Assembly (NCBI RefSeq): GCF_018350175.1
Contig: NC_058368.1
Span: forward strand, 168,270,001 to 168,334,000
DNA from: Felis catus
Lineage: Eukaryota
Reading direction: 5' to 3'
Length of the DNA stretch: 64,000 nt
Of the stretch, positions 26,669 through 40,258 are shown in pieces. How positions within the stretch are numbered: the stretch's first letter is position 1; the number at the start of each line of letters is the position of its first letter. The notes beneath the pieces are model-generated. The model saw nothing but the letters and a program-made list of their open reading frames with translations. It did not search any database and was not told the DNA's origin. The position numbers were made by a program, and so were the translations under genes.

Positions 26669-26975
26669 ACATCCCACAATTTATGGAATATAACTGTAAA
26701 TAACTGTATTAAAAAGAATAAAGATCTCAAACCAATAACCTACCTAACCTTCCACCTTACAGAAATACAAAAGGAGAAGAAAACTAAATATAGGCCAAGG
26801 AGAAGGAAGAAAATAAATCAGAGCAAATGTAAATGAAATATAGACTAGAAAAACAATAGAAACAAAGAAAACATAAGTCCATTCTTTGGAAATATCAACA
26901 AAATTAACAAGCCTTCAGCAGATTAAAAAGAGAGAACACTCAAATTACTAAAATATGAATGAAAATAGAGATATC

Positions 26976-27180
26976 GGGGTACCTGGGTGGCTCAGTCAGT
27001 TAAGCATCTGGCTTGGGCTCAAGTCATGATCTCGAGATTCTTGAGTTCGAGCCCTGCATTAGGCTGTCTGATATCAGCATGGAACCCACTTCAGATTCTC
27101 TGTCCCTCTCTCTCTTTGCCCCTCCCCTACTAATGCATGCACACTCTCGTTCTCTCTCAAAAATAACCATTAAAAAAAAT
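26976..27180 (+). mobile_element. Can-SINE
   Basis: Head, CT tract, A tail. Confidence 0.87.
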
Positions 27181-28629
27181 AGACATCATTGTCAACCTTG
27201 CAGAAACAGAATTATAGAATACTATGGCAACTAAACAACCTAGATGAAATGGACAAATTCCTAGAAGCATACAAACTCAAAAAAAATAATAAAACTGACT
27301 CAAGAAGAAAGAGAAAATCTGAATAAAAAGTAAAAATATTAAATCAGTAATCAAAAAACTTCCAACAAAGAAATGCCAAGGAACAGAGGGCATAATTAGT
27401 GATACATCTGAAGAAGAACTAATACTAATCTTTAAATTCTTCCAAATTGGAGGATGAGGTAACATTTCCTAATTCATTCTATGGAGTCAGATACCAAAGC
27501 CAAACAAAGACATCACGAGAAAACTACAGACCAGTGTCTTTTATGAAATCAGATGCAAAAATCTTCAACAAAATATCAGCAAACTTATACCAGTACATAT
27601 TAAAAGTATTATATACCATGGCCAAGTAGGATTTATCACAGAAATGCAAAAGTGATCCAAAATGTAAAAAATAAATCCATTTAATGAACCATATTACTGA
27701 AATGAAGGGGGGTTTTCTGTATAAATTTTTATTTTTAATACCTATGAATTCTACCCTCCTCCCCTAGATCAAGAAGGCAGACACAATAGCATTTTTGATG
27801 GTTTGCATTCCTTTTTGAATATACAAGTTTCCACTTGTTTCATTGTTTTTCAAACTAAAATACATCTTTTAGAATTTCTTGCAGCTCAAATGAGTTGATG
27901 AACATTTTCTCAGGTTTTATTCATGACATAATATCATTGTTTCTTTTTTCCTGAGACAATTGTTGATTGTATATAGAATTCTGGGTTGATAGTTTAGGGG
28001 CTTTTTGTGTTTGTTTGTTTTTTTCCCCACTCATCACTGTAAAGATGTTGGTCCAATATCCTCTAAAATCCATTATTTTTGAAGCTATGGATCCTTTGAA
28101 AATATTGTTCCGTTTAGATACAGTGCAATTTTCCTCTCACCGTTTTAGATGTAATGAAGGGGGTTTTTTAATGACCATCTCAACAGACAACAGATACACA
28201 AAAGCACTTGACAAAATCCAATACCCCTTCTTGATAAAAATACTCATAAAACTATAAATAAAAGGAATCTTCCTTAACTTGATAGGTGGCACATCTATTA
28301 AAAACCTACAGCTAACATTATACTTAATGATGAAAGATGAAAGGTTTTTCCTGAGATAAAGAACAAGACAAGGCTGTCTGCTGTCTCCATTGTACTAGAG
28401 ATTCTGGCCTGGGCAACTATGCACGAAAAAGAAATGAAAGGCATCCAGGAAAGGAAGAACTAAGGTGTTCTCTAGTCACAGATATCATGATCTTACATAT
28501 TTAAAAAATCCTAAAGAACACACAAATAATTTAGAGCTAATAAGCAAGTATTTCCACATATTAACAATGAATAATTCAAAAATGAAAACATTTCCATTTG
28601 TAATACTAAAAAAATAAAATACTTTTTTA

Positions 28630-29830
28630 TAGATTCCATTTCCTTCTATTGAGAGTCACCATTTGTCGGGTCAGTATCATCATATTCTGCTATCATTTGA
28701 AAATGTTTCCTTCTATTCTTTTAACATGTTTATAATAGCATTTTTGAAGTTTTTATCTTTTAAGTCTAATATTTGAGTCCACTCAGGTATTTTCTATTAA
28801 CTGCACTCTTTTCTCTCAGTATAGGTCACATTTTTCTGTCTCTTTACATGTCTCCTAGCTTTTTGTTAAAAACAAGACATTTTAGATAACATTATCAAAA
28901 ATATACCAACTCTGGAATTTATTTTTCAGAATTTTTTGAAAGATTTTATGTTTAAAGTAACCTCTACACCCAAAAAGGGACTTGAAATCACAACCCTGAA
29001 ATCAAGTCATATGTTCTAATGACTGAGCCTGCCAGTCACCCCCACAATTTTTTTAATTTCCCTGGCCTTAAAGAGTGGGATCTATGTCTCCTGCAGTGTC
29101 AACGTCTCTGCTCAGGTTTTAATACTTACCTTTTTTTTTTTTTTTCCACTATGGCTTCCTAAGGAGGTTACCCTTTATCTGCATAGCTTAGTTTTCAGCT
29201 AGTTATCTGGGCAAAGGTATGCTCACACATTTCAAACCTGCCCTTCAATCTGTGTGTGGGATGGGAAGAGCATATTCAAGCCTTGGCCAGTTCTCAAGTT
29301 TGCCTTGGCCCCTGCTTTCTGCTAGACACTTTCAGGTCTCCCCAGCACATGTGCATAGTTTCACCAGGGATGCATGGAGAACTTATCCCTTTATGGTATT
29401 CTCAATTCCAAAGTCTGCCTGTTAAAAACCTGGCTGGTCCCCCACGCATCCCAATTAGCACCACAATCTCACACTTGCAAATAATGTGAGTTTTCCCTGT
29501 TTCCCATCAAGTTCATCACTTTAAGTTGACAAATACATGTTTTCACTTGCTGCCACAAACCAGCAGGGCCGCTGGTTTCCCAAACTTTCATTCTTGCCAC
29601 AGGTACTGGGGCAAGAGAGGTGGGGCACACAGTAGGGGTCTTCATGCAAGAATGCTGTAGCTTTCAACCGTTCTTAAAAGCTCTAGCTGTTTTCCTAAAA
29701 ATAAGTGCTTCTGAATTTTTGCCTGCCAAATTTGCATAGCCCAAATAGTTTCAGACAATTTTACCTAGTTTTACTTTATTTTTGTGGAGAGCAGTCACCA
29801 AACTCTTCATGCAGCCATAGCTGGAAGTCC
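28630..29830 (-). mobile_element. Old L1 5' region remnant containing a short SINE (about 28940-29044)
   Basis: T-rich motifs typical of reversed L1M 5' ends (ttttaacatgtttataatagc..tttgaagt; tctgggcaaaggt). Confidence 0.55.
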
Positions 29831-30030
29831 CTCTCTTGTGGATGTTTTTTATGCTCACCTTCCCCATTTTATAAAATGAGAAATAAAGATTCTGGGAAAG
29901 TAGATCATTTGTTTAAGGTTAAAGGACTTATGTGGTTTTAAAGGGCTAATTTGTCCCTTAACAAGTAGAAGATATGTGGAACATGGTCAGTGGAACCAAC
30001 AAGTACCTTGTTTAAAATACATCTGATTTT

Positions 30031-30298
30031 GGGGGTGCCTGGGTGTTTCAGTCTGTTAAGCATCTGATTCTTGATTTCAGTTCAGGTCATGATGTCACAG
30101 TTCCGGTTTGTGAGTTCAAGCCCTGTATCAGGCTCTGTGCTGACCAGTGCAGAGCCTGCCTGGGATCCTCTCTCACTTCCCTTCTCTTTCTTCCTCTCTC
30201 TCTCTCACTCACTCACTCACCGCTCCCCTGCCCCGCATCAGCCTGCCCACACCCCCACTCCCTGCATGCTCTCTCTCAAAATCAAGTTTACAAAAATA
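30031..30298 (+). mobile_element. Can-SINE
   Basis: Head, CT tract, tail; imperfect TSD. Confidence 0.87.
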
Positions 30299-30557
30299 AA
30301 TATGTCTGAATTTGGTTTGTACCTTCCTTGAACATTAGTTTTCTCTTTTGTAAAAGTGAGATGATTGTTCTAATCCACAGATAATTGACTAAATCTAGGT
30401 GGAGCTACATGAGTCTTAGTTATCCAGCTGAAAGGAAATTTAATAAGCAGGTGAAGTGTAGATAAAACCAGTACTAGGAAAGATGGGTATGAGTAAAAAA
30501 GTAAAAACACTAAGCTGATATGCCAACGCATACTTAATAGATCTTTGCATATTGTTT

Positions 30558-31084
30558 GTGGTAGGCGACCTGCACAATGGTCCCCAATGAGCTCACCTCC
30601 TGATATTTACACTTGTGTAATCCTCTCCTTGAGTGTGAGCTGGATTTAATGACTCACTTATAAAGAACAGAGTATGGCAGAAGTGACAGGATGTTACTTC
30701 CAAGATGAAGTTAAAAAAATGCTTCCATTTTTGGGTGTTCTAGGATCTGTTGCTCTGGAAGAAGGTGGCTGCCATGTTGCTATTATCTCTATGGAGAAGC
30801 CACAGGGCATGGCAAGGAACTTAAGCATCTAGCCAACAGCCAATGCGGACCTGAGGCCTGCCAAGAATTTCACAAATAAGCTTGGACAGGAATTCTGGAG
30901 CCCCAGTTGAGCAGATCCAGCCAACACCTTGATTACAGCCTCATAAGAGACCCTTGACCAAAGGGACCCATGTCAATCTCACAGGGATTATTATCCCACA
31001 GAAAATATGAAATAATAAATGTTTGTGGTTTGAAACTGCTAAGCAGTGGGATAATTTGTTACATAAAAATAGATAATTAAAATA
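30558..31084 (+). mobile_element. MLT1 (MaLR) solo LTR, MLT1F-like
   Basis: tgtggtagg..atggtccccaatga..cttgagtgtgagctgga start; ..gaaataataaatgtttgtggttt..taatttgttaca..aatagataattaa end. Confidence 0.8.
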
Positions 31085-31334
31085 AAAATTTTCCTGTTCT
31101 TGTCATTAAAATGCTCTCTCTTCCATATCTTAACTCCTCAAAAAGTAACTACCTCTCTCCCAAATTATCTTAACTCATTTAACCAACATTTGTGTGTATG
31201 TACCCAGGTTTCTGCTGGAGACATTAAGACATGAGATGCATTCATTGGCTTTAAGATTATATAGTCAAAGGCATTTCCAAATTATCTTTGGATAATTTAA
31301 GACTTAAAAGAAAGAGTATTTCGAAGGTTGTTTT

Positions 31335-31365
31335 TAAAAAAATTTTTAATGTTTATTTATTTTTG

Positions 31366-31412
<47 letters not shown>

Positions 31413-31574
31413 ATGAGTGGGGGAGGGGCAGAGAGATAGACCCAGAATCTGAAGCAGGCTCCAGGCTCTCAGCTGTCAGCACAGAGCCCAACGTGGGGCC
31501 CGAACTCACAGAGTGAGAGATCATGACCTGAGCCGAAGTCGGACACTCAACCGACTGAGCCACCCAGGTGCCCC
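31335..31574 (-). mobile_element. Can-SINE with long (GA)n
   Basis: Reverse SINE; TSD cgaaggttg(t/c)ttt. Confidence 0.92.
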
Positions 31575-32230
31575 CGAAGGTTGCTTTGAATAAAGAGACC
31601 ACAGGTCAGTAAAGGACTGACCAGAAACAACATTTTTGTTGAATAAAGGAAACTACAAAGGGAAAAAATGACATTGGAAAAAAAACTTGGATGTTACTTG
31701 CAACAAGCCAGGAAATTGCTTACTTTACCACAGGCCTGTTAGCAATAACTTGAACATAACAGAAATCCAAACTAAGGAGGTGTAGGTATTCTAAGGATGT
31801 AGAAGATCCAGGGATCCATCATCTTGTACCTTGTTGCTCTTCCCTCACTGCCCTCATCTACAGAGTGGAAAATGGCTTACTCTTATAATCCAGGTGGTCT
31901 AGCCCTGAAAAACGGAAGAAGCAAAAGACAAACAGCTACTTTTATGGTATGACTAAGAATACCATAAAAGTGGACAATACTTCCACTTACATCTTATCAC
32001 CTAACATTTAATCACATAGCTACACCTATGTAGAAGAAAGGCGGAGAAACAGTTTCTAATTAGGTGATTATGTGCCAAGCTAGAACATGGTAGATTCCGT
32101 TACTAAAAAGAATACAAGGGGAATGGCTACTAGAAAATAGCAGTGACTTCTAAACAGGACCTGGGTTGAAAACAATATTCTTGATCTTTAGTGGTGAATC
32201 TGGAAAACACAACTAAAATATGAATTACCA

Positions 32231-32450
32231 GGGGCGCCTGGGTGGCTCAGTCGGTTAAGCGTCTGACTTCGGCTCAGGTCATGATCTTGCGGTTCATGAG
32301 TTGGAGCCCCGCATCAGGCTCTGTGCTGACAGCTCGGAGCCTGGAGCCTGTTTCAGATTCTGTGTCTCCTTCTCTCTCTGACCCTCCCCCATTCATGCTC
32401 TGTCTCTCTCTGTCCCAAAAATAAACAAACTTTAAAAAAGAATTTTTTTT
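32231..32450 (+). mobile_element. Can-SINE
   Basis: TSD aaatatgaattacca. Confidence 0.93.
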
Positions 32451-32558
32451 AAATATGAATTACCAGAAAAGGTCCAAGTCATATTACAGATATAATCTGA
32501 ACTAATCACCACGAGGTGATAGCCAAATACTTCTAATCTTTAAAAGATTCCATTTTTA

Positions 32559-32772
32559 GGGGCACCTGTGTGGCTTAGATGGTTAAGCATCTGACTTCAG
32601 CTCAGGTCATGATCTCCCAGTTGGTGAGTTTGAGCCCTGGGTGAGGCTCTGTGCTTAGCTCAGAGCCTGGAGCCAGCTTCAGATTTTGTGTCTCCCTCTC
32701 TCTTTCTGCCCCTCCTTCTCCCCCTCCCCCCCCTAAAATAAATAAACATTAAAATTTTAAAAAAAGAAAAAA
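32559..32772 (+). mobile_element. Can-SINE
   Basis: TSD aaaagattc..tttt. Confidence 0.9.
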
Positions 32773-33031
32773 GATTCTGTTTTTAAGCAGGGCATCAGTA
32801 TAAGATTTCAAAGACTTCACACTGAAGAAACTTCAAGAGAATGCACTGTTGCTTAGCACTTGGTCATACCTACCCCACAGAACCTTAGAGTACTTGAAAA
32901 TCAACCAAGCCAACACTTACACTTGGCCATTTTATTTCTTGATAAAGAGGTCTTATCTGCTATCAAATATTACTGCAAAAATTTATGACTAGGCAGGTGG
33001 CATGCAAGTTATAGAAATACTTGAAAAGACT

Positions 33032-33255
33032 GGGGCGCCTGGGTAGCTCAGTCAATTAAGCATCCGACTTCGGCTTAGGTCATGATCTTGTGGTTTGTGA
33101 GTTCAAGGCCTGTATCAGGCTCTGTGCTGACAGCTCAGAGTCTGGACCCTGCTTCAGATTCTGTGTCTCCCTCTCTCTCTGCCTTTGTCCCCCACTCATG
33201 CTCTGTCTCTCTCTCTCTCCCTCTCAAAAATAAACATTTAAAAAAATTTTTTTAA
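33032..33255 (+). mobile_element. Can-SINE
   Basis: TSD aaatacttgaaaaga. Confidence 0.92.
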
Positions 33256-35548
33256 ATACTTGAAAAGAAGTAAATCTGTGCAGCTATTTTATACAGGCTC
33301 CTTTTGTGGCAGGGACTATGCTAGGTGTCATGAGAGAGACAGCGATATTAAAGATACAAGACAATATTCTAGACTACATAGTGTATGATGCTATTTACAT
33401 GAAATTTCTAGAAAAGGGAAACTATATAGGCAGAAAGCAGATCAGTGGTTGCCTGAGCTCCCTAGCTGCTCATACCCCTTATGAGCAAAAATTGACCACA
33501 AAGCAGCATAAGGGAACTATTTGAGGTGTTATAAAACTCAATTATAATAATGGTTGTACAATTCTACATACTTCCTAAACTCAAAGTGTATACTTAAATT
33601 GGGTAAATTAAATATCAATAGAGCTGTTTTTTTTTAACAGTCCATGAGCTCTGTATTTCTATCATTCCATCATTTTTCTTCCCAGAACCTTTGATTCCTA
33701 TTGAGAAAACATACACACATACACACAACAATCACATGTTATAGTCAGAAACAAAGCAGGTAATATTCTCAAGATTCAGATAGATTCCCTCTTTGTAATC
33801 TTCTCAACATGAACTATTTCAACCATATTCAACTTTTCTGGTCTTTTCCATTTTTTTTGCCATGTGTATCATACCTTGCCTCTTAAATGTTCTACTTGCA
33901 TTACCTGCCAAAAGCTTGAAAGCAACATTTATTAAGCAGTCTCTTGAATAAAGCACCATTTAGAAAAACAGAGGCACAAAACATTTCTGGTACTTTTCTA
34001 ACTACATAGCCACACAGAAGTCACAGACTCGAAAACTATTTTCTAATCTATAATTTAAAATAATTTCTCACAATTTAGTGATTAAAATTTAAGGCACAGC
34101 AAACTTACAAAATCCCAACTATTACTACTGAGTGCTACTCTATAGCAAAGTATTATGAAATTTACACAAGAATGAGTTCTATTCTAAAGTCAGTCACAGA
34201 ATTCAATAAAATACAAAACTTTTCTTTTTAAGTATTTTGGAAGGAAACTATGAAATGATGTGTCCTTCTGACACATATCTATTATCCTTTGAGCTCTTCA
34301 TTGTGTTCTGGCACAAAATGTTCTAGGCTCATCTTGTACTTTCTTCGTATCAGCTCTGTAATCAGCCATTTCTCCAAGAGCACAGATTCCTTTTAGTAGA
34401 GAATGTTTTTTAGAGGCTAAGATATGGATGCTAAGTGCATACATTATTACTGGGTATTGCTGCTCTAAGGCCCTCTCATATGGACAGAACTAGAGAATTT
34501 ACATATAAATGTATGCATGTAACCATCACTCAACACTAGTCTAGCTTCTTTCTCCACGTAGATGCACTTAGCACACCACTTGACTCCAAACTGGCCAAGA
34601 CTTGGGCAAGACTCTGGACAAGCATAAAATAAGATATTTAGCCAAAATTAAACAATTTTTAGGAGATTATTATGCTAAATTAAATACTTCCAAATATGCC
34701 TTCACTTACCTTCTCATATTCCCTATCATTTATAGGACTTGGTATTCCAGGGTTAGCAGAAAAATTTGGCTCAGGGTTATCATCTTAACAGCTACTCATC
34801 ACAAGGCACCAAAATTTATAGACTTCTCAAGATAAGAAGAAAACAAATCTCACCTTTTATGCCTGATTAAGTTAATCAAGATTATCTGGCATTCTTCAGC
34901 AAAGAAAAATCTTGAACCTGACTTCCTCACAACATTCCATTTCAGAGCTGACTAAAATCATCCATAGAACTGCAGAGACATACCTTCTAGAGGTAATCTG
35001 GTACTGAAGGCTTAAGTCAAGCATTCATGAAATGTTACATATTAATTTAGTTTCTCTTACTCACTAGTAATCTACATTCAAAGCTTTAAAAAGTGATATT
35101 ACTTCTTTTGTTTGACTCCCATTTCCACTGTTTTCATCCTTATTTTCACATCTGGAAAAAAAATAGCAAGTACATAAGCCTTCCCCCAAAGCACAATTCT
35201 CTTATAAAATTCTTCCTCGATCACTAAAGCAACCTGTTGGTAATAAAGCTGTAAAAGCAAAGATTTAATACCTAATGACACATTATCAGGGGCGCGTACA
35301 TGGTGAGGCAGTTTTCTAATGGTGGTAATAGACTTTGGATCTCTCACCTCATTTCCTCTGTAAAGCAACAGGTCTGCTGACAGAGAGCAAAATATCTAAA
35401 TATAAAGCACACAAAGTCTCTAAGCCTTAAATATAGATCTCAAAATACGCAGTCACTCAAATAGTAACCACTTGAAGAAAAGTATTTCACAGCTATCATT
35501 TGGTAAAACTGTTGCATAGTGGTTCCACAATATCAAAATCTAATTGTT

Positions 35549-35680
35549 GGGGGTGCCTAGCTGACTCAGTCCGTCTGACTCTTGATCTCCAAGCATCTGA
35601 CTCTTGATCTCAAAGTCCTGAGTTCAAGCCCCACATTGGGTGTGGAGCCTACTTGAAAAACAAACAAACACAAAAAAACA
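35549..35680 (+). mobile_element. Short Can-SINE with an internal duplication
   Basis: tctgactcttgatctc at 35574-35589 and 35596-35611. Confidence 0.8.
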
Positions 35681-36481
35681 TAACTGTGATATCAGAAGGC
35701 AGAATTGCTTTAAGTTCTAAAGGCAACAGGTACCAGAGACTGAAGCTACCTTATTTGATTCAAAGCAATCCATCAACCAGTCAAATATCAACTATAACAG
35801 GCATAAGTACTAACAAAAAGCTATTCCCACAGTTGACCTTTCAAGAGTCATTCCCTACTTCTCAAATTGCTTATATTTACAGGCCACAATTCAACCCTAC
35901 AGACCCAATTATAAAATTAGCCTCTGACTCATAAGAGCTTACAGTCTTCTGGTGTAAGCTCCTCCCTGCCATCCCCAATTCAGGAATCTCTTTCATAAAA
36001 ATCTCTGAAAGAAGATTACTCAGACCCTCTTTCACAATATACTGAAAATATCTCTAGACCTGGACACAGTGAGAGGGGTTCCAGCCCAGTGTCTGCCTTT
36101 CATTATCTAAAATGTCTTGGGGAAGCCATTTCACTTCTCCATGCCTGTTTTTTCATGCAGAAGTGGGGAGTAACCAGATGATCTCAAAGACCCCTTTCTG
36201 TTCTGAAATTACCTAATTATGATTTTCGGTGAGGCTCACTATTTTAGGACATTTTCACACAGTTCTTATTGTTAGAAAGGACTTTTTAATTCCAAATATA
36301 TACATTCTTCAATCCTAAAATTTCACTTCTTGAAAGCTACCTTAAAAAAAAGAAAGGACTCTATGTGCACAGAAAACATGTATTAACATTGTTTGCAGGG
36401 GCAATAAGTTGGAAACATTCAATAGTAGAGAAATACAGTATAACAGTATGGAATACTATGCAGCAGTTAAAAATAATGAAA

Positions 36482-36795
36482 GGGTGCCTGGCTGGCTCAG
36501 TCAATGGAATATATGGCTGTTGATCTCAGGGTTTTGAATCTGAGCCTCAGGCTGGGTGTAGAGATTACTTAAACTTTAGGGGTACCTGAGTGGCTCAGTC
36601 AGATAAGCATCCGACTCTTGGTTTCCACTCAGGTCAAAATCTCACAGTTTCTAAGTCTGAGCCCAGCATCGGGCTCTGTGCCAATAGCTCAAACATTGCT
36701 TGAGATGGTCTCTCCCTCCCCTGCTCATACTCTTTCTCAAAATAAATAAATCTTAAAAAAATAAATAAGTAAAATAAACTTTAAAAAAAAAAGAA
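36482..36795 (+). mobile_element. Two tandem Can-SINEs
   Basis: Heads near 36482 and 36578; A-rich tails. Confidence 0.85.
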
Positions 36796-37344
36796 AACAA
36801 TAAAAGAAATCGTATACACTGCTCACTAGGAAAGAAAGACTTCCAAACCATACTGTTAACAACAACAACAACAAAAAAGCAGAGCATGCACAATTCGGTG
36901 CCATTTATCAACAACAAAACAAAACAAAACACCTATGAAGGCTTATACAGGTCTTTCTTCAATGATGAAATGTTCTGATCTGTATAGTCCAGTATGGCAA
37001 TTGTGACTGAGAAACTAAATTTTAAATCTGATTTCATGTTAACTACTTTAAGCTACTGTTCTAGAAGCAGTTCTAGAAGAACAATCTAAACTGGTAAGAG
37101 TGGTCAGTTACCTCTGGATAGGAAACTAGATGGGAGGGTAGGGGTGCACCTAAGCAAACTTTTGCCTTACCTGTGTTAATATTTTAAGGCAAGTTACATA
37201 AAAATAAAATTTAAAAAGAAAATCTTGTTGATATTGAGCCAAAAATCTGCCCTATGAAGCACCATAAAAAAAATTGAGTGTTTCTCCTTTGCTGTTTGCC
37301 GGAGAAACTTTTACCTGGAAACAATCCCTTAAAAACAACCTTTA

Positions 37345-37560
37345 GGGGCGCCTGGGTGGCGCAGTCGGTTAAGCGTCGGACTTCAGCCAGGTCACGATCT
37401 CGCGGTCCGTGAGTTCGAGCCCCGCGTCGGGCTCTGGGCTGATGGCTCGGAGCCTGGAGCCTGTTTCCGATTCTGTGTCTCCCTCTCTCTCTGCCCCTCC
37501 CCCGTTCATGCTCTGTCTCTCTCTGTCCCAAAAATAAATAAACGTTGGAAAAAAAAAAAA
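37345..37560 (+). mobile_element. Very young feline SINE
   Basis: CpGs intact, pure A tail, perfect TSD aaaaacaaccttta. Confidence 0.95.
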
Positions 37561-39264
37561 AAAACAACCTTTAAATCACATTTCCTTACATTTCTCTCCC
37601 AAACTCTCCCTCCTCCACATCCCCTTTACAACTATAGTAACTTCTGGTACAAAGATACAGCAACACAATCATAAAGGCTGCTGACCCACTATTAGGGAAG
37701 AAGGGCATGCTTTCTAAGAATGTTTCCAAGAGAGGTGATGGATTTGTACTTCTCTACCCAACAATTCTTCTTGTACTATAAAACATTGTAATAGCTCCCA
37801 AAGTCTTCTTTTCTCCAGGCCAAACACCTCCAGTTCTTACCAGAAATAGAGCCAAAACCTTTTCACCATCACATGGCTTTTATTGAGACTCAAAACAACT
37901 CAAGTCAGGACATAAACATTTCTTAGAGACTGCTTAGTGGCATGGCACAGTCACCCACAGTATCAGCCTAGACATCCTGAACACCTGTCCATTCATTTGT
38001 GCATAAATATTTACTAAGAGCTACTTCACACCAGCCACTGCACTTAGGGAAGGAGATAGAGCAAGAAACAAAATATATGTTGACAGAGCCTCTGCTCCCA
38101 AAAGCCTTATCCCTAAAAGTTGGAATGGATTAGTAAACACTGAAAAACCTCTATTTCCAATATTCCAACAGTCCCAACTTCCTTTGTGCCGAATACCACT
38201 AAGACCATGAGATCCACACGAAGAATCTTTATTCACGTTTCTATTAACAAGGAAATCTACCCAACAGGTCTTAGGCAAATCCAGTAGGTAAAATTCTCAA
38301 ATATCCCTTAGACCAAGTTCTCAACAGTCCACACAAAAATATGAAAAAAAAAATGTTTTTTGTAGATATTCTATTCTAGCAAAATTTATTCTATACAAAT
38401 TTTCTTTATTATAAGACCATGTACTTTTTTTTTTTTTTAATTAAAATGTTCTCTACCTCCTGAAATTATGATTTGGGTAGAAAGTACCTGGGTTTTGTTT
38501 TGGTTTGCTTTTAAACAGTCTTACTGACCAAGTAACAAGAGTAATCAAACTTCTATACCAAGTATTTGTTGATATTTTGTCATTACTGATTTAAAAGGAC
38601 TCAAGAAAGTTCGCTCTGCCTTAAAATGCACACCCTCAAAACAGAGGAGGCAATTACTCCTCCAACAAGTACAACTCCTTAAGAGTTAAATCATTACATT
38701 TTGACTCAAGAAGAGGTTATGCTTTCCCATTCTTTTGCTGTATCAGTTACAAGAACATTACAGTAAAACAAATCTTAACACACAGGATTATAAATGTTCA
38801 AAAGGTCTAATCAGAAAAGTATATTGGTGGCAGTAACACTGTAACTGAAGACAGTTACTTCAGTAACAATAAAAGTCGCCAAATTCTTGTCTAGCTTATT
38901 TTTGACTAAGTATCTTAAATATCTTAGTCTTAAATATCACCCACAGTGAAAAAGGTTTATATTTATTAAGTTCCAGGAAGGGGCTGGGAAATGAGGAAAA
39001 AATAACTTGCTAGCAGTAACTTAAAACTAACTTTGTCACTTAAATTTCTCAACTAGCATTAACAAAAGTGCAAATTTAACTTAGTAGTTGAAAGTGTCCT
39101 GTAGTCTCCCAGAGGACACCCACCTCTTCTCCACTCACCTATTCCCCCATGAAAAATACCTTTGTCTCTACTTTCTGGCAAACTGTATGCTTCTATATAA
39201 GGGTTAAAATGTAGGAATGCAACAAAACATAGAATGAATCACAGGGTTTTCAAGTCCAAAAGGC

Positions 39265-39510
39265 CTAAATTCCCCCAGATGTGCCCTTACTTTGTGTGTG
39301 TGACCTTGGACAAGTCAAGCTCTTCAAGCCTCGCTAGACTCTAAGCTCCACAAAGCAAAGACCACCTCTGCCTGAGTTACTATTTTGCAGTATCAGTGTC
39401 TTCGTGTATAAAGTGCGGTTAATATTTCATAGCGTTAATTGGAGGATTAAATGAGGTATGTATATAAAGCTCTGGCATACTGCCTGACCATAGTAAATGT
39501 TCAATTAAAG
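39265..39510 (+). mobile_element. MIR remnant
   Basis: tgtgtgaccttggacaagtca...ggattaaatgag...tgcctgaccatagtaa. Confidence 0.65.
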
Positions 39511-39922
39511 GTCATCGTAACTGACCTCAACTAGTTAGCTACCGAATCGGAAAGTACGGTTTGAACACTGTCAAAAACTAATAGACGAAGTCTTTACCAG
39601 TAAATGTAAATTGCTTCAAGTGATAAATATTTCGCAGAACATCTACGAATAATTTCTAAACCACTGGGAATAACAGACGAATCCTGAATTGTTGTAACAA
39701 ACCCAAACTACTAAAAACCACTGACGAGACTCCAAGTTTTTCTACTTCGAAAGAGCAGGCCGTAAGCATCTTCCCCATTGGCTTCCCAATCTCCCCTTCG
39801 GACTTCTCTGGCTATCAGGGAACCCCCTCCTCCACGCTCAGGGGGAGGAGAGAGAAAACCTCCGAGGCGGGGGCCGGGGTTGGGGGAAAGCACGCATCCC
39901 TGCGCCACTCGCCCAGACCCAC

Positions 39923-40223
39923 CTTGAGCAGGATGGATGGCGGCAGCTGGTTGATGTCTGGGGTTTCGGGGGGTGGATCCCTGTGACAGTCGCAGGGGTT
40001 TTCGGGGGGCTCCTGACAGTCCGCGTCGCCGCATTCACGCTGCTGCTGGGCGGGCGAGGGGGCGGTGCCCCCCGCTCGGACGGCGTCCCCGCCGGCCTCT
40101 GTGGGGGTACCTTCGGCAGTGGGAGAGGAGGACGGGGGGCAGAGAGGCTGCGGTGGCTGCTCGGGGCCCTGGCAGCAGCCGGCGTCGGGGGGCCGCGGCG
40201 GCGAGGCGCCTCCCCCGGCAGGC

Positions 40224-40258
<35 letters not shown>

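Larger units (their letters stand above)
22550..28625 (+). mobile_element. Degenerate L1 (ORF1 and endonuclease/RT part of ORF2) with many younger insertions
   Basis: ORF1-like RQWDDIFKVLKGK; ORF2-like FPNSFY...ENYRPVSFMKSDAKIFNKI and KALDKIQYPFLIK. Confidence 0.85.

Noticed and set aside
37345..37430. tRNA-like A-box and B-box sequences
   Set aside because: Heads of tRNA-derived SINEs followed by CT tract, poly-A and TSD; not tRNA genes.
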